From: Nitrospirota bacterium
GTDB taxonomy: Bacteria; Nitrospirota; UBA9217
Assembly: GCA_963840455.1 (NCBI GenBank)
Contig: CAWIYV010000011.1
Span: 704,001 to 768,000 of the forward strand
DNA length: 64,000 nt
Direction: 5' to 3'
Shown here: piece by piece, positions 9,330-21,013 of the stretch
Layout of the letters: every line of letters begins with the position of its first letter
Position numbering within the stretch: the stretch's first letter is position 1
Position numbers and translations under genes: made by a program
Notes under the pieces: model-generated
Databases searched by the model: none
What the model saw: only the letters and a program-made list of their open reading frames with translations
Told to the model about the DNA's origin: nothing

Positions 9330-9357
9330 AGTTTCCTCCGCTCCCGGTGCTCCGCGG

Positions 9358-10503
9358 TCAATCCGCCGCGCGCCGCAGATACGCGGGCAGGTCCAGGTTC
9401 ACTTTCGATCCGAAGAGGTCGCCGGTGGCGTTGGACGCCGCCTCCCGCCCCCGCTTGAACGCGGCGGGCCGGTCCACGACCTGCCGCTGCTCCTTCTGCA
9501 TCAGTTCCTTGAGGTTCGCGGGATGCTTCACCAGGAGCCTGACGCCCTCTTCGTCGAATCCCGTGGCGATGACCGTCACCTTGAGCTCTTCGCTCATGTC
9601 CACGTTGTCCACCATGCCGAAGATGATGTTCGCGTCCGGATCGGCCTCGGCCTTGATGACCCCCATCACCTCGTCGATCTCGGTGATGCCCATGTCGCTG
9701 CCGCCGCTGATGTTGATCAACGCCGCCCGTGCGCCCTTGATGGATCCGTCCTCGATCAGCGGGCTCGAGATCGCCTTGTGCGCGGCCTCAACAGCTCTCC
9801 CCGGGCCCTTGGCGATGCCCATGCCCATGACGGCCCTCCCGCGGTTGGCCATCACGGTCTTCACGTCCGCGAAGTCCACGTTCACGCGGCCCGGCACCAG
9901 CACCACGTCGGAGATGCCCTTCACCGCCTGCATCAGCACGTCGTCGGAGAGCTTGAAGGCCTCCCCGATGCGGGTGTTCTTCTCGGACAGGTTGATGAGC
10001 CGGTCGTTAGGGATCACGATGAGCGCGTCCACGTTTTTCTTGAGCTCGGCGATGCCTTCCTCGGCGTAGCGCATCCGCCTGACGCCCTCGAAGCTGAAGG
10101 GCCGGGTGACCACGCCGACCGCGAGCGAGCCGCCCTCGCGCGCCAGCTTTGCGATGATGGGCGCAGCGCCCGTGCCCGTCCCGCCTCCCATGCCCGCCGT
10201 GATGAAGACCATCTCGGTCCCTTCCAGAATGGCCTTGATCTTATCGGTGTCCTCAAGGGCCGCGTTCCTGCCGACCTCGGGATTGGCCCCTGCGCCCCGT
10301 CCCCGTGTGAGCTTCGAGCCGATCTGGAGCTTGTTGGGCGAACCGGTCCGGTCGAGGGCCTGCCGGTCCGTGTTGGCGATCACGAACTCCACTCCCTGGA
10401 TCCCCGCCAGCACCATGGTGCTCACCGCATTGCCCCCGCAGCCGCCCACCCCGATCACCTTGATCCGGGCCGGCAGTTTCTGCTCGTCATCGAACTGGAT
10501 CAT
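9358..10503 (-). CDS. ftsZ: Cell division protein FtsZ
   Basis: [15 protein letters not shown] tubulin signature, NVDFADV, C-terminal LDLPAYLRR; alternative in-frame start at 10590. Confidence 0.98.
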   Translation of the reverse strand: MIQFDDEQKLPARIKVIGVGGCGGNAVSTMVLAGIQGVEFVIANTDRQALDRTGSPNKLQIGSKLTRGRGAGANPEVGRNAALEDTDKIKAILEGTEMVFITAGMGGGTGTGAAPIIAKLAREGGSLAVGVVTRPFSFEGVRRMRYAEEGIAELKKNVDALIVIPNDRLINLSEKNTRIGEAFKLSDDVLMQAVKGISDVVLVPGRVNVDFADVKTVMANRGRAVMGMGIAKGPGRAVEAAHKAISSPLIEDGSIKGARAALINISGGSDMGITEIDEVMGVIKAEADPDANIIFGMVDNVDMSEELKVTVIATGFDEEGVRLLVKHPANLKELMQKEQRQVVDRPAAFKRGREAASNATGDLFGSKVNLDLPAYLRRAAD

Positions 10504-10643
10504 CGTCGCCTCCCTCCTATCATCGCCGCTCTGCTCGCCGGCGACGAACTCCATGATGTCCTGGAATTGCATTTCCATTTTATCGTCCATGGCATGCTCT
10601 CCTGAATTCTTCATGGGTTTCCTTGTCATTGCGCGTCCCTCCG

Positions 10644-11864
10644 TCACAGTAAGTCGCTTATCGCCTTCAGGATCCTGCTCATGATCCCGCCGCCGCTGAA
10701 CTTCCCCGGCGATGCCTGGTGGTTCTCGGCACCGTAGAGCACGAGCCCCACGCCCGTGGCGTAGATCGGGCTGTTCACCACATCCATCAACCCTCCGATG
10801 TTCTTCGGCGCGCCGCGCCGGACCGGCATGCCGAGGTATTTCTCCGCAGCATCCTGGATCCCCTCCATCAGTGCGGTCCCGCCGGTGAGCACGACCCCCG
10901 AAGCGATCAGGTCCTCGGACCCGGTGCTCCGGAGCCGCTGCTGCACCAGTTCGAAAAGCTCAGCGATCCGGGGCTCGATAATCTCGCACAGGATCTGGCG
11001 TGACAGGAGACGGGGAGGCCTGCCGCCCGTCGTCGGGACCTCAAGGGTGTCCTCGTGCCTGACCATGGAAGCCATGGCGCAGCCGTGCTTGATCTTGATT
11101 TTCTCGGCCTCTGCCGACGGCGTGCGAAGGCCCACGGTGATGTCGTTCGACACGTGGTTCCCTCCGACGGGGATGACGCCGGTGTAGCAGAGGCTCCCGT
11201 CGCGGAAGAGCGCCATGTCCGTGGTCCCGCCGCCGATGTCCACAACACATACGCCGATCTCCTGCTCCTCCTGGGTCAGCACCGCCCGGCTCGACGCCAG
11301 GGGCTGCAGCACCACGTCGTTCACCTGCAGGCCGGCGCGGGAACAGCTCTTGACGATGTTCTGGATGGCGGTCTCGGCGCCGGTGATGATGTGGACCTTC
11401 ACGTCGAGCCGCGTCCCCGACATGCCCAGGGGTTCCTTGATCCCTTCGAGGTCGTCGATGACGAACTCCTGGGGCAGGATGTGGAGGATCCGCTGCGTGC
11501 CCGGGATGTTGATGGAGCTCGCCGTGTCGATGGCGCGCGCCACATCGGCCGCTCCCACCTCCCGGTTCTTGATCGCCGCGACGCCCTTGGACTCCATGCC
11601 CTTGATGTGATCGCCCGAGATCCCGACATAGACAGCGTTGATCTGGACGCCGGACATGAGCTCGGCCTCCTTCACCGCCTTCTTGATGGACTCCACGGTC
11701 CGGTCGATGTTCACCACCACACCCTTCGAGAGGCCGTTGGACGGGCTGATGCCGATGCCGATGATGTCCACCTGGCCGTCCTCCTTGACCTCGCCGACGA
11801 TGGCGCAGACTTTGGTCGTCCCCAGATCGAGGCCCACGATGATATTGTTCAGTTTCTTCGCCAC
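10644..11864 (-). CDS. ftsA: Cell division protein FtsA
   Basis: [18 protein letters not shown] and VLTGG actin-fold motifs. Confidence 0.97.
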   Translation of the reverse strand: MAKKLNNIIVGLDLGTTKVCAIVGEVKEDGQVDIIGIGISPSNGLSKGVVVNIDRTVESIKKAVKEAELMSGVQINAVYVGISGDHIKGMESKGVAAIKNREVGAADVARAIDTASSINIPGTQRILHILPQEFVIDDLEGIKEPLGMSGTRLDVKVHIITGAETAIQNIVKSCSRAGLQVNDVVLQPLASSRAVLTQEEQEIGVCVVDIGGGTTDMALFRDGSLCYTGVIPVGGNHVSNDITVGLRTPSAEAEKIKIKHGCAMASMVRHEDTLEVPTTGGRPPRLLSRQILCEIIEPRIAELFELVQQRLRSTGSEDLIASGVVLTGGTALMEGIQDAAEKYLGMPVRRGAPKNIGGLMDVVNSPIYATGVGLVLYGAENHQASPGKFSGGGIMSRILKAISDLL

Positions 11865-11887
11865 GCTACACCCCCCTTTGAACAGCG

Positions 11888-11915
11888 AGTTCAAAGTGTA
11901 AAGTTCAAAGTTCAA
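11888..11915. repeat. 7-bp tandem repeat (AGTTCAA)n
   Basis: agttcaaagtgtaaagttcaaagttcaa between ftsQ and ftsA. Confidence 0.6.
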
Positions 11916-11926
11916 CGGGACGGCGC

Positions 11927-12817
11927 TTATCCCTTGCGCTTTCCCCTACCCGCTGGCCCTTGACCTTTGCTTCTGTCCTTCATCACCATCACCGCTGCCT
12001 GACGCTCGGGCCGCAGTTCAATGTAGGAGTACTCGAGGCCGCGCTGGCGCATGTCCGCAGCGATCTCGCCCAGCCGCTTCAGCTTCTCTCCGTAGCTCCC
12101 GCTGCCCATGCGGAATTCATGGTCCGCATAGACGATGGCGATGGTCTCGGGAGTGTCCGCCTTCACGGTCACTGCGCCCGGGTCCCATCCGCCGCGCGCA
12201 GCGAGCTCTTGCGCCAGCTCCAGGGCCTCAGCCACGGCGCGTGCGGTCACCGTCTCACGGGGCACGGCACGGCAGTCCCGGACCGCGATGACCGGAAGGC
12301 CTGCGGTTGCCGCTTCATCCTTCGGGACCGGCACCAAGACCACGCCCTCGGCATCAATGAGGTACCGTCCGTTCGCCGCCTGCAGCACCGCCCGGGGCGC
12401 CCGTTCCGTGAAGATCATGCTGATCCGGTTCGGCAGACTTCGCTCGATCCTGACCTCGCGGACCCAGGGGTTTGCCAGCGCCCTCCGGGTCGCGGCATCC
12501 AGGTGGACGCGGAAGACGTTCTGGCCGGTGAACATCCCGGCCAGCTCCCGGATGTCCGCGTCGCTCACCGAGCGTACGCCCCGCACGTCGACGCCGGCGA
12601 TCTGGAACATCTCGGCAGTGGTCAGCCAGCGGTACGCTTCCCACCCGCCGTAGCAGAGCCCTGCGGTCAGCAGGACCGCGAAGATCGCGCCCAGTGCGCC
12701 TTTCTCCGCGCTGCTGTGCCTGGCCGGACCGCGACCTACGTTCAGCCGCTTCGTCGTGGTGCGCCGGTTCGCCGTACGGTAGCTCCGGGGTACCTTGACA
12801 TTCTTGTAGTCGCGCAT
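11927..12817 (-). CDS. ftsQ: Cell division protein FtsQ/DivIB
   Basis: Single TM helix plus POTRA domain (NPWVREVRIERSLPN); between ddl and ftsA. Confidence 0.9.
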   Translation of the reverse strand: MRDYKNVKVPRSYRTANRRTTTKRLNVGRGPARHSSAEKGALGAIFAVLLTAGLCYGGWEAYRWLTTAEMFQIAGVDVRGVRSVSDADIRELAGMFTGQNVFRVHLDAATRRALANPWVREVRIERSLPNRISMIFTERAPRAVLQAANGRYLIDAEGVVLVPVPKDEAATAGLPVIAVRDCRAVPRETVTARAVAEALELAQELAARGGWDPGAVTVKADTPETIAIVYADHEFRMGSGSYGEKLKRLGEIAADMRQRGLEYSYIELRPERQAAVMVMKDRSKGQGPAGRGKRKG

Positions 12818-12848
12818 GTTTTACTGGTCTCTCGTCACTCGTCTTTCG

Positions 12849-13775
12849 TCACGATTTCTTGATCGACAACCGCAGGATCTCCTCCACCAGGGATGGGAAC
12901 GGGATCCCCGCGCCCTGGGCGATCTCGGGCAGCAGGCTCGTGGCCGTCATGCCGGGCAGCGTGTTCACTTCCAATATATAGGGCACGCCGTCATGGCCGA
13001 TGATGAAGTCCACCCGGCTGTAGCCGCGGCATCCCAGCGACCGGTGCGCCAGGAGCCCCGCGTCGAGCGTCCGCCGGTATACCTCTTCCGGGATGCGCGC
13101 GGGGAGGAAGTGTTCCGATCCGCCCTTCTCGTACTTTGCCTTATAGCTGTAGAAGACGTCCTTCGGCACGATCTCGATGGCACCGAGGGACCGCTCCCCC
13201 AGGATCCCGACCTGGACCTCCATGCCCTTGATGTATTTCTCGACGATGATCTCGGGATCGTATTGGAACGCCAGCTTCACCGCGGGCTCGAACTGTTCGA
13301 TGCCGTTGACGATGCTCACGCCCACGCTGGATCCCTCGGAGCTCGGCTTCACCACCAGCGGGTAACCGACCTCCTTCTCCGCTGTTGTGAGGGCCTCCCG
13401 GTCTCCGCGCGATACGACCATGAACGGCCCCACAGAAAGTCCATAGGCCCGGAACAGGGTCTTGGAGACGATCTTGTTCATGCCCATGGCAGAAGCAAGG
13501 ATCCCGGAACCCGTGCAGGAGATCCCCATGATCTCGAGCAGTCCCTGGATGGCGCCATCCTCGCCGAACTTGCCATGGAGCGCATTGAACGCGGCCTCGA
13601 TGCCCGCCTTCCGGATCTGCTCTCCCGCGTCGCGTCCCACGTCGATGGCGACGGCATCATAGCCCCGGTCGACAAGCGCCTTCAGCACCGCGGTGCCCGA
13701 GGCGAGGGACACCTCCCGTTCGGACGACAGCCCGCCCATCAGCACGCCGATCTTTTTCTTCGTCACAAGAGCCAT
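12849..13775 (-). CDS. ddl: D-alanine--D-alanine ligase
   Basis: GGLSSEREVSL, LHGKFGEDG, GSSVG and LEVNTLPGMT motifs. Confidence 0.97.
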   Translation of the reverse strand: MALVTKKKIGVLMGGLSSEREVSLASGTAVLKALVDRGYDAVAIDVGRDAGEQIRKAGIEAAFNALHGKFGEDGAIQGLLEIMGISCTGSGILASAMGMNKIVSKTLFRAYGLSVGPFMVVSRGDREALTTAEKEVGYPLVVKPSSEGSSVGVSIVNGIEQFEPAVKLAFQYDPEIIVEKYIKGMEVQVGILGERSLGAIEIVPKDVFYSYKAKYEKGGSEHFLPARIPEEVYRRTLDAGLLAHRSLGCRGYSRVDFIIGHDGVPYILEVNTLPGMTATSLLPEIAQGAGIPFPSLVEEILRLSIKKS

Positions 13776-13787
13776 GCTTAACCCCTC

Positions 13788-13880
13788 TTACCGCAGAGAC
13801 CGCGGAGATCGCGGAGAGAAACTTCCAAATCGCCCTGGTTTATTGTTTTCCTCTGCGTACTCTGCATACTCTGCGGTGAA
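13788..13880. repeat. Palindromic (CGCRGAGnn)3 element, copy A
   Basis: accgcagagaccgcggagatcgcggag ... ctctgcgtactctgcatactctgcggtgaa. Confidence 0.85.
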
Positions 13881-13887
13881 CATGATG

Positions 13888-14796
13888 TTAATCCTCGCCG
13901 ATGATCTTGATCTCCGGCTCCAGCCGTATCCGGTGCATCTCGAGCACCTTTTCCCGGATGGCATCCATGAGCGCCAGCACATCGGCCGCTTTTGCGTTCC
14001 CCGTGTTCACGATGAAGTTCGCATGCTTGTCCGAGACCTTCGCGCCGCCGGCGGTACGACCCTTGAGGCCCGCCTCCTCGATGAGCTTGCCGGCCGCCTC
14101 GTCCATGGGGTTCTTGAACACCGAGCCGGCGTTCGGCAGGCCCCAGGGCTGATGGGCCTTCCGCTGTTCCATGAGCTTCTTGACCTGCGCCTTGATCTTC
14201 TCGGCGTCGCCGTGCCGCAGGATGACCTTGGCATCGAGCACGATATGGCCGGGAGGCACGTTTGCCGTCCGATATCCGAAGCCCATCTCATCGCGGTGCC
14301 GGAGGACCAGTTCGCCCGACGGGGCAAGCAGTGTCACCGTGTCGACGACATCGCTGATCTCACCCTGCGCCGTGCCTGCGTTCATGCATATCGCTCCGCC
14401 CACCGTGCCGGGGATCCCGGTCACGAACTCGAGACCCGTGAGCCCGCGCTCCACCGAGATGCTCAGGAGCTGCCCCAGGGCCGCGCCGGCCTCGGCATGG
14501 ACGAGCACGAACGACCCTCCCAGGGAACGGTACTCGCGGGCGACCTTGATCGCGGACATCTGCTTCAGGCTGATGACCACGCCGCGGAAGCCCCCGTCCC
14601 GGACCAGCAGGTTCGTCCCGCCGCCGAGGACCACAGAGGGAATGCCCTGCTCCCGGATTTCGGCGAGCAGCGTGATCAGGTCTTCCCGGTCTGCCGGCAC
14701 GACCAGCGCGTCAGCAGGACCGCCGATGCGGAAGGAGGTATGGCTGCTCAGGGATTCGTTCAGCCTTACCTCTCCCCGTACGTTTGCGAACTTCAT
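13888..14796 (-). CDS. murB: UDP-N-acetylenolpyruvoylglucosamine reductase
   Basis: [33 protein letters not shown] and HANF motifs. Confidence 0.97.
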   Translation of the reverse strand: MKFANVRGEVRLNESLSSHTSFRIGGPADALVVPADREDLITLLAEIREQGIPSVVLGGGTNLLVRDGGFRGVVISLKQMSAIKVAREYRSLGGSFVLVHAEAGAALGQLLSISVERGLTGLEFVTGIPGTVGGAICMNAGTAQGEISDVVDTVTLLAPSGELVLRHRDEMGFGYRTANVPPGHIVLDAKVILRHGDAEKIKAQVKKLMEQRKAHQPWGLPNAGSVFKNPMDEAAGKLIEEAGLKGRTAGGAKVSDKHANFIVNTGNAKAADVLALMDAIREKVLEMHRIRLEPEIKIIGED

Positions 14797-16163
14797 TTCT
14801 TGAGCTCCTCGAGCACCGCCTCGCCCAGCTTCCATACATCGCCCGCCCCCAGGGTCAGGAGCAGGTCCCCCTTCCGGAGCGTACCCGCAAGGTGCTCCAC
14901 TGCCTGTTCCCTGCCTCCGATATACGCTGCGTCCTTGTGTCCGTAGTTCCTGATCCCCTCGTACACTGCCTGTCCTGAAACGCCCGGGATGGGCTGTTCC
15001 CCCGCGGCGTAGATGTCCAGGATGATGACCTTGTCCGCCTGGTTGAATGCCGTAAAAAAATCCTCGAGCTGGTGCTTGGTGCGCGTATACCGGTGGGGCT
15101 GGAACACGCAGACCACCCGCCGGCCGAGTGCCGCCTTGGCCGCGGCCAGTGTCGCGCGGACCTCGGTTGGGTGATGGCCGTAGTCGTCCACAACGAGGAC
15201 GCCCTTCGCCTCGCCCTTGATCTGGAAACGCCGCTGCACGCCGCTGAACTCCTTGAGCGACCGGCGGATCACTTCGAGGTCGATTTCCAGCTCACGCGCG
15301 ACGGCAATGGCGGCAAGACCGTTGCTCACGTTGTGCATGCCCGGCACCGCGAGCTCGAACCACCCGAGGTCGCCCGTATGGTTCGTGACGCGGAACTTCG
15401 ATCCCAGCGGCAGGAGCGTCACGTCCTTCGCCTGGTAGTCCGCCTGGGTGCTTGTCCCGTAGGTAAGGTAGCGCTTCTCGACCTTCGGCAGGAGCGACTG
15501 GATGTGCTTCTGGTCCAGGCAGAGGATCGCCACCCCGTAGAACGGCACCTTGTTGATGAACGCGAGGAACGCGGCCTTGATCTCGTTGATGTCCTTATAG
15601 TAGTCCAGGTGCTCCTCGTCGATGTTCGTCACCACGGCGATGGTTGGCGACAGCTTCAGGAAACTGCCGTCGCTCTCGTCGGCCTCTGCCACGAGGAACT
15701 CACCCTGGCCCAGCTTGGCGTTGGAGCCCAGGCTGTTGAGCTTTCCGCCGATGACCACCGTGGGGTCGATGCCGCCGGCCGCCAGCACCGTGGCCACCAT
15801 GGAGGTGGTCGTGGTCTTGCCGTGCGCGCCCGCAATGGCCACACCGTACTTGAGCCGCATGAGCTCCGCCAGCATCTCTGCCCGCGGGATCACCGGTACG
15901 AGCTTTTCGCGCGCGGCAACGACCTCGACGTTGTCCTTCTTCACCGCCGACGAGATCACGACCACATGGGGCGACGTGATGTTCTCGGCCCGGTGGCCGA
16001 TCCGGATATCACCGCCCAGCTGCCGGAGCCTTTGGACCGTGTCCGATTCCCGGAGGTCGGAGCCCGAGACCTTGTAGCCGAGGTTCAGCAGAACCTCGGC
16101 GATGCCGCTCATGCCGATCCCACCGATGCCGACGAAGTGGATATGTTTAATCTTTTTGAACAT
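14793..16163 (-). CDS. murC: UDP-N-acetylmuramate--L-alanine ligase
   Basis: [24 protein letters not shown] and DDYGHHPTE motifs. Confidence 0.98.
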   Translation of the reverse strand: MFKKIKHIHFVGIGGIGMSGIAEVLLNLGYKVSGSDLRESDTVQRLRQLGGDIRIGHRAENITSPHVVVISSAVKKDNVEVVAAREKLVPVIPRAEMLAELMRLKYGVAIAGAHGKTTTTSMVATVLAAGGIDPTVVIGGKLNSLGSNAKLGQGEFLVAEADESDGSFLKLSPTIAVVTNIDEEHLDYYKDINEIKAAFLAFINKVPFYGVAILCLDQKHIQSLLPKVEKRYLTYGTSTQADYQAKDVTLLPLGSKFRVTNHTGDLGWFELAVPGMHNVSNGLAAIAVARELEIDLEVIRRSLKEFSGVQRRFQIKGEAKGVLVVDDYGHHPTEVRATLAAAKAALGRRVVCVFQPHRYTRTKHQLEDFFTAFNQADKVIILDIYAAGEQPIPGVSGQAVYEGIRNYGHKDAAYIGGREQAVEHLAGTLRKGDLLLTLGAGDVWKLGEAVLEELKK

Positions 16164-17223
16164 GGTGTTTGCAGGCCCTCACGATCTCTTCCGCAGCGGT
16201 CGATGGCAGGGGGGACGTTGTCCTGCCTTCTCCGCGTGCGTACCGTTGTATCACTGCCGCCAGTTTCGATGGCGTCAGGTCCTTCTGGACGATCACCTCG
16301 CCGCCGCCCCGTTCCGCGAGCGACCGCGCGTTGTGTTCCTGGTGGTTGTCCGCAGCGAACGGATAGGGAATCAGCACTGCCCGCTTGCCGCAGACCGCGA
16401 GCTCGGCGACGGTCGTGGCGCCGGCACGCGAGACCACGAGGTCCGCCGCGGCATAGGCGCCTGCCATGTCGTGGATGTAGGGCAGCACTGCGGCCTTCAC
16501 CCCCGCCCGTTGATAGCCGTCCTTCACGTCCTCGACGTCCTTCTCGCCGGTCTGGTGCAGCACCTGGAGGCCCGGGACGCCCTTCAGCTCCTGTGCCGCC
16601 TCCTTCATCGCCATGTTGATGGCATGGGCTCCGCCGCTGCCGCCCATGACGAAGACCGTGAACCATGCCGACTCAAGCCCGAACGCGGCCAGCGCCCGGC
16701 TTCGGTCGCCGCCGGTGATGCCCTTCCGCACCAGCGGCCCGGTCAGGACCTTCTTCTTCGCGGAAAAGAATCCCTGCAGGTCCCTTCCCGGAAAACAGAC
16801 GAACACGGTATTCGCGAACCTGCCGAGCACCCGGTTCGCCAGCCCGGCATAGGAATTGGGCTCCACGATCACCAGCGGGACCCTGAGGAGCCACGCTGCA
16901 AGTGCCACGGGACCCGAGGCGTATCCGCCCACGCCGACCACCGCGTCCGGCCGCTCCCGCCGGAGAAGACCTACGGACCGGGACAGGCTCCGCGGCATCG
17001 TAACGATCGTCTTGACGATGGACCGCGTACTCATGCCCTTCAATCGTCCGACGGTGATGAACTGCACGGGGAGCGATTCCTTCGGCAGCACCCGCGCCTC
17101 GATCCCCTGTTCGGTGCCGACGAAGAGCACCTCGTTCCCTTCCTCGGCCAGGACCTCGCGCGCGATGGCGATCCCCGGGTAGAGGTGCCCGCCGGTGCCG
17201 CCGGCCGCGATCACAACCTTCAT
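16147..17223 (-). CDS. murG: MurG glycosyltransferase
   Basis: [22 protein letters not shown] and SRAGATT motifs. Confidence 0.97.
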   Translation of the reverse strand: MKVVIAAGGTGGHLYPGIAIAREVLAEEGNEVLFVGTEQGIEARVLPKESLPVQFITVGRLKGMSTRSIVKTIVTMPRSLSRSVGLLRRERPDAVVGVGGYASGPVALAAWLLRVPLVIVEPNSYAGLANRVLGRFANTVFVCFPGRDLQGFFSAKKKVLTGPLVRKGITGGDRSRALAAFGLESAWFTVFVMGGSGGAHAINMAMKEAAQELKGVPGLQVLHQTGEKDVEDVKDGYQRAGVKAAVLPYIHDMAGAYAAADLVVSRAGATTVAELAVCGKRAVLIPYPFAADNHQEHNARSLAERGGGEVIVQKDLTPSKLAAVIQRYARGEGRTTSPLPSTAAEEIVRACKHHVQKD

Positions 17224-17234
17224 CAGAGATTTGT

Positions 17235-17330
17235 CCACCGCAGAGAACGCGGAGAACGCAGAGTGGAATTCTTGTCTAAAGCAAAGGATTGATCTTTCAT
17301 GCTCAGCGACCTCTGCGACCCCTGCGGTAA
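17235..17330. repeat. Palindromic (CGCRGAGnn)3 element, copy B
   Basis: caccgcagagaacgcggagaacgcagag ... ctcagcgacctctgcgacccctgcggtaa. Confidence 0.85.
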
Positions 17331-17346
17331 AAGATCCTCCGTCGTT

Positions 17347-18477
17347 CTAACCCGTTTCCTTCGATATGTTCAGCAGCACGCCCACCGCGGCCAGCGTGAC
17401 CACGAGCGCGGACCCGCCGTAGCTTATCAGCGGCAGGGCGATGCCCTTGGTCGGCATGATGCCCGTGACCACCGCCATGTTGATCAGGGCCTGCACGCAG
17501 ATGAGCGACGTGATCCCTAGCGCCAGCATCCTGCTGAACCCCTCGGCGTGGAGGGCGATGCGAAGCCCGCGCCACAGGATGACGCAGAACAGCAGCAGCA
17601 CCACGCCCGCGCCGATCAGCCCCAGCTCCTCGCCGATCACGGCATAGATGAAGTCCGAATGCCGCTCGGGCAGGAAGAGCAGCTTTTGCCGCCCCTCGCC
17701 GAGCCCCCTGCCGAACACGCCGCCGCTGCCGAAGGCGAGGTACGACTGGATGATCTGGTGGCCCGCTCCCAGCGGGTCGTCCCAGGGGTTCAGGAACGAC
17801 GTGATCCTCCGCAGCCGGTAGGCCTTCTGCGCGATCGCCAGGAACGCAAGGAACGCGGCCGCGAGGGAAACGAGCCCGAGATGCGTGATGCGGGCCCCGC
17901 CGGCGTGCAGCATGAGCATGATCACGACACCCATGGCCATGACCGTTCCGAAATCGGGCTGCAGCAGGACCAGGCCGAGAAGGGTCCCGGTCACCGCGAA
18001 TGCGGGCAGCAGGCCCCGTTGAAAATCCCGGATGAGCTCCTTCCTGCCGCTGAGGTATGAGCTCAGGTAGACGACAAGCGTGAACTTCACCAGCTCCGCA
18101 GGCTGGAAGGTGAGCGGCCCCGCCTTGAGCCACCGCCGCGCGCCGTTGACCGTCCTGCCGATGCCGGGGAAGAAGGTCGCCGCAAGCAGCGCGAAGGACA
18201 CGAGCAGGAGCACGGCGACCACCCGTTTGTTCGCCAGCATCTCATGGTCAACCCGCATGGTCACCATCATCATGATAAGCCCGATCGCCGCCCAGATGAT
18301 CTGGCGGCGCATGAAGTACGTGGGGTCGTTGTACGTGGTGAGGGCGACAACGCTGCTCGAGCTGTAGACCATGACCACGCCGCCGGCGAGAAGCACCATC
18401 ACCGCCGTAAGCAGGATCCTGTCGTATTGTCCCCGTGATTCGACCATGCTTGAGTACTCGCGCTCCGAACTCCCCAC
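17347..18477 (-). CDS. ftsW: SEDS peptidoglycan polymerase FtsW
   Basis: GARRWL, FQPAELVK, LQPDFGT, LPERHSDFI and PLISYGG motifs. Confidence 0.97.
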   Translation of the reverse strand: MGSSEREYSSMVESRGQYDRILLTAVMVLLAGGVVMVYSSSSVVALTTYNDPTYFMRRQIIWAAIGLIMMMVTMRVDHEMLANKRVVAVLLLVSFALLAATFFPGIGRTVNGARRWLKAGPLTFQPAELVKFTLVVYLSSYLSGRKELIRDFQRGLLPAFAVTGTLLGLVLLQPDFGTVMAMGVVIMLMLHAGGARITHLGLVSLAAAFLAFLAIAQKAYRLRRITSFLNPWDDPLGAGHQIIQSYLAFGSGGVFGRGLGEGRQKLLFLPERHSDFIYAVIGEELGLIGAGVVLLLFCVILWRGLRIALHAEGFSRMLALGITSLICVQALINMAVVTGIMPTKGIALPLISYGGSALVVTLAAVGVLLNISKETG

Positions 18478-18483
18478 TCGACG

Positions 18484-19821
18484 TTAGAGGTTCTTTACTG
18501 CTTCCTTGAACTGCCGCCCCCGGTCCTCGAAGTCCTTGAACATGTCGAAGCTCGCGCAGGCAGGCGATAATAGCACTACGTCGCCGCGTGTGGCCCGCGT
18601 TGCGGCAAGCTGCACGGCGTCCCTGAGCGTCTTCGCGAGGACGGTCTCGGTGGATCCACCGAGCGCCCCGGCCATTGTGCCAGCCGCCTTGCCGATAAGG
18701 ATGAGCAGCTTCACCCTTTCCTTGAACAGTCCGGTGAGAGGGCTGAAGTCGCTCCCCTTGTCGAGGCCGCCGGCGATCAGGATCACCGGCCGGGTGAACC
18801 CCTCGACCGACTTCATCACGGCGCCGACGTTGGTGCCCTTGGAATCGTTGATATAGGTTACGCCGTCCTTTTCCCGCACGAACTCGAGACGGTGTTCGAG
18901 CCCCGGGAACTCCCGGAGGACCGCGGCCACCGAGGCCTGGTCCGCTCCTGCTGCGAGCGCCGCGGCAGATGCGGCCATGGCGTTCTCGATATTGTGCACA
19001 CCCTTGATCAGGATCTCATCGATGCCGCACACGGTCTCTCCGCGTACCATGAGCCGGCCGTTCTCGATATAGGCCCCGGTCTCGTGCTTTTCGGACCGGG
19101 AGAACGGGACCACCCGCGACAGGGCGCGCGACGCCAGGGCCCGCACGAGCGGATCATCGAAGTTCAGGACCAGGACGTCTTCCCTATGCTGGTTCTCAAA
19201 TATCCGCGCCTTGGCCTCGCCGTACTCGGTGATGTCCTTGTACCGGTCCAGGTGGTCCTGGGTGATGTTCAGGACCGCCGCCACGCGGGGCCGGAAGGTG
19301 TCGATGTCCTCGAGCTGAAAGCTCGATAGTTCCACCACGATCCAGTCCTGTCCGTGGAGCAGTTCAGGTGTTTCGGTGAGTGCGTTCCCGATGTTCCCGG
19401 CAACGAGGACCTTTATCCCGGCCTTCTTGAGCATGAGGCCCACGAGCGTCGTGACCGTGGACTTGCCGTTCGTTCCGGTGATCCCTAGGAAGGGGGCATC
19501 GGACAGGAGCCAGCCGAGCTCGAGCTCGCTGATGACCGGCACGCCGTGCCGGCGCGCTGCCAGCACCTGCGGGATCTTCGGCACGCCGGGGGAGAGCACG
19601 ATGAGCCCGGCCTCGACGAATATCCGGTCCGGGTGGCCGCCCGCCTCGATCTTGATCTCCCCACGTCCGAGCGCCTGGACCTGCTCAGCGAGCTGTCCCA
19701 GCGGCTTCTTGTCCGTGATGGTCACGCGGGCACCCAGCGAGTGAAGGACCCGCGCCGCGGCGATGCCGCTCCGCGCCATGCCCACCACCGTCACCCGTTT
19801 ACCGGTAAAATCAGGATGCAC
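18484..19821 (-). CDS. murD: UDP-MurNAc-L-Ala--D-glutamate ligase
   Basis: GTNGKST, ELSSFQLE, NDSKGTN and LSPACASFD motifs. Confidence 0.97.
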   Translation of the reverse strand: MHPDFTGKRVTVVGMARSGIAAARVLHSLGARVTITDKKPLGQLAEQVQALGRGEIKIEAGGHPDRIFVEAGLIVLSPGVPKIPQVLAARRHGVPVISELELGWLLSDAPFLGITGTNGKSTVTTLVGLMLKKAGIKVLVAGNIGNALTETPELLHGQDWIVVELSSFQLEDIDTFRPRVAAVLNITQDHLDRYKDITEYGEAKARIFENQHREDVLVLNFDDPLVRALASRALSRVVPFSRSEKHETGAYIENGRLMVRGETVCGIDEILIKGVHNIENAMAASAAALAAGADQASVAAVLREFPGLEHRLEFVREKDGVTYINDSKGTNVGAVMKSVEGFTRPVILIAGGLDKGSDFSPLTGLFKERVKLLILIGKAAGTMAGALGGSTETVLAKTLRDAVQLAATRATRGDVVLLSPACASFDMFKDFEDRGRQFKEAVKNL

Positions 19822-19841
19822 ACACCCTCCAACAATTCTTT

Positions 19842-19924
19842 TTTCACCGCAGAGGGCGCAGAGCCCGCTGAGAAATTCAGGCTCGATCCATACCTCTGCG
19901 ATCTCTGCGTTCTCCGCGGTGAAA
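19842..19924. repeat. Palindromic (CGCRGAGnn)3 element, copy C
   Basis: ttcaccgcagagggcgcagagcccgctgag ... ctctgcgatctctgcgttctccgcggtgaa. Confidence 0.85.
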
Positions 19925-19930
19925 CCGTCT

Positions 19931-21013
19931 TTACCGCAGCTTCAGCGAGCTGAGCGACACCAGCGCCAGGATGATCCCCACGATCCAGAACCGGATGATG
20001 ACCTTCGATTCCGGCCAGCCGATCTGCTCGAAGTGGTGGTGGATCGGCGCCATCCTGAAGATGCGCTTCCCGGTCACCTTGTACGATGCGACCTGGAGCA
20101 TGACCGATACGACCTCGGCAACGAAGATACCGCCGGTGATGATCAGGATCAGCTCGTGCTTGGTCACGACCGCGAGGGCCCCCAGCGCCCCTCCCAGGGA
20201 GAGGGAGCCCACATCGCCCATGAACACCTCGGCGGGATGGGCGTTGTACCACAGGAACCCGAGGCTCGCACCCAGGAGCGCGCCGCAGAAGACGACCAGC
20301 TCGCCGCTCCCCGGGATGTACTGGATCTTGAGGTAATCGGCAATGATCCGGTTCCCGCCGACATACACGATGACGGCATTCGCCGTTGCCGCTACGGCCA
20401 CGAGCCCTGCTGCAAGGCCGTCGAGCCCGTCCGTCAGGTTCACGGCGTTGGACGAGCCCACGACCACGAGCGCCGTGAAGGGTATCATGAACCAGCCGAG
20501 GTTGATGACCAGCTGCTTCGCGAAGGGAACCGAAAGGTATGCAGCCGCAGGATCGCCGGAGAAGAAATACAGGAAGACGCCGATGACCAGCGACGCGGCG
20601 ATCTGGAGCCCGAACTTCTCCACAGCGCGGAGCCCCGTGGAGCGCCGCTTCACCACTTTCAAGTAATCGTCCCACAGGCCGATGCCGCCGAACGACAGGG
20701 TCGCAAAGAGCACGACCCATACGTACTTGTTGGTCAGGTCCGACCAGAGGAGGACCGATAGGGCGATGGCCGCGATCAGCAGCAGGCCTCCCATGGTCGG
20801 CGTGCCCTGCTTGGTCAGGTGGGTCTGGGGTCCGTCATCGCGCACCTGCTGGCCCACCTTGAGCAATCGCAGCCGCCGGATGATCACCGGGCCGAGCAGG
20901 AAGCTCACCACGAGCGCCGTGATCACCGCGCCGGCGCTGCGGAACGTCAGGTACCGGAATACATTGAACCCGGAGAACGTCTTGCTGAGCGGGTAGAGCA
21001 GGTGATAAAGCAT
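19931..21013 (-). CDS. mraY: Phospho-N-acetylmuramoyl-pentapeptide transferase
   Basis: KQGTPTMGG, NAVNLTDGLDG, FMGDVGSL and MAPIHHHFE motifs. Confidence 0.98.
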   Translation of the reverse strand: MLYHLLYPLSKTFSGFNVFRYLTFRSAGAVITALVVSFLLGPVIIRRLRLLKVGQQVRDDGPQTHLTKQGTPTMGGLLLIAAIALSVLLWSDLTNKYVWVVLFATLSFGGIGLWDDYLKVVKRRSTGLRAVEKFGLQIAASLVIGVFLYFFSGDPAAAYLSVPFAKQLVINLGWFMIPFTALVVVGSSNAVNLTDGLDGLAAGLVAVAATANAVIVYVGGNRIIADYLKIQYIPGSGELVVFCGALLGASLGFLWYNAHPAEVFMGDVGSLSLGGALGALAVVTKHELILIITGGIFVAEVVSVMLQVASYKVTGKRIFRMAPIHHHFEQIGWPESKVIIRFWIVGIILALVSLSSLKLR

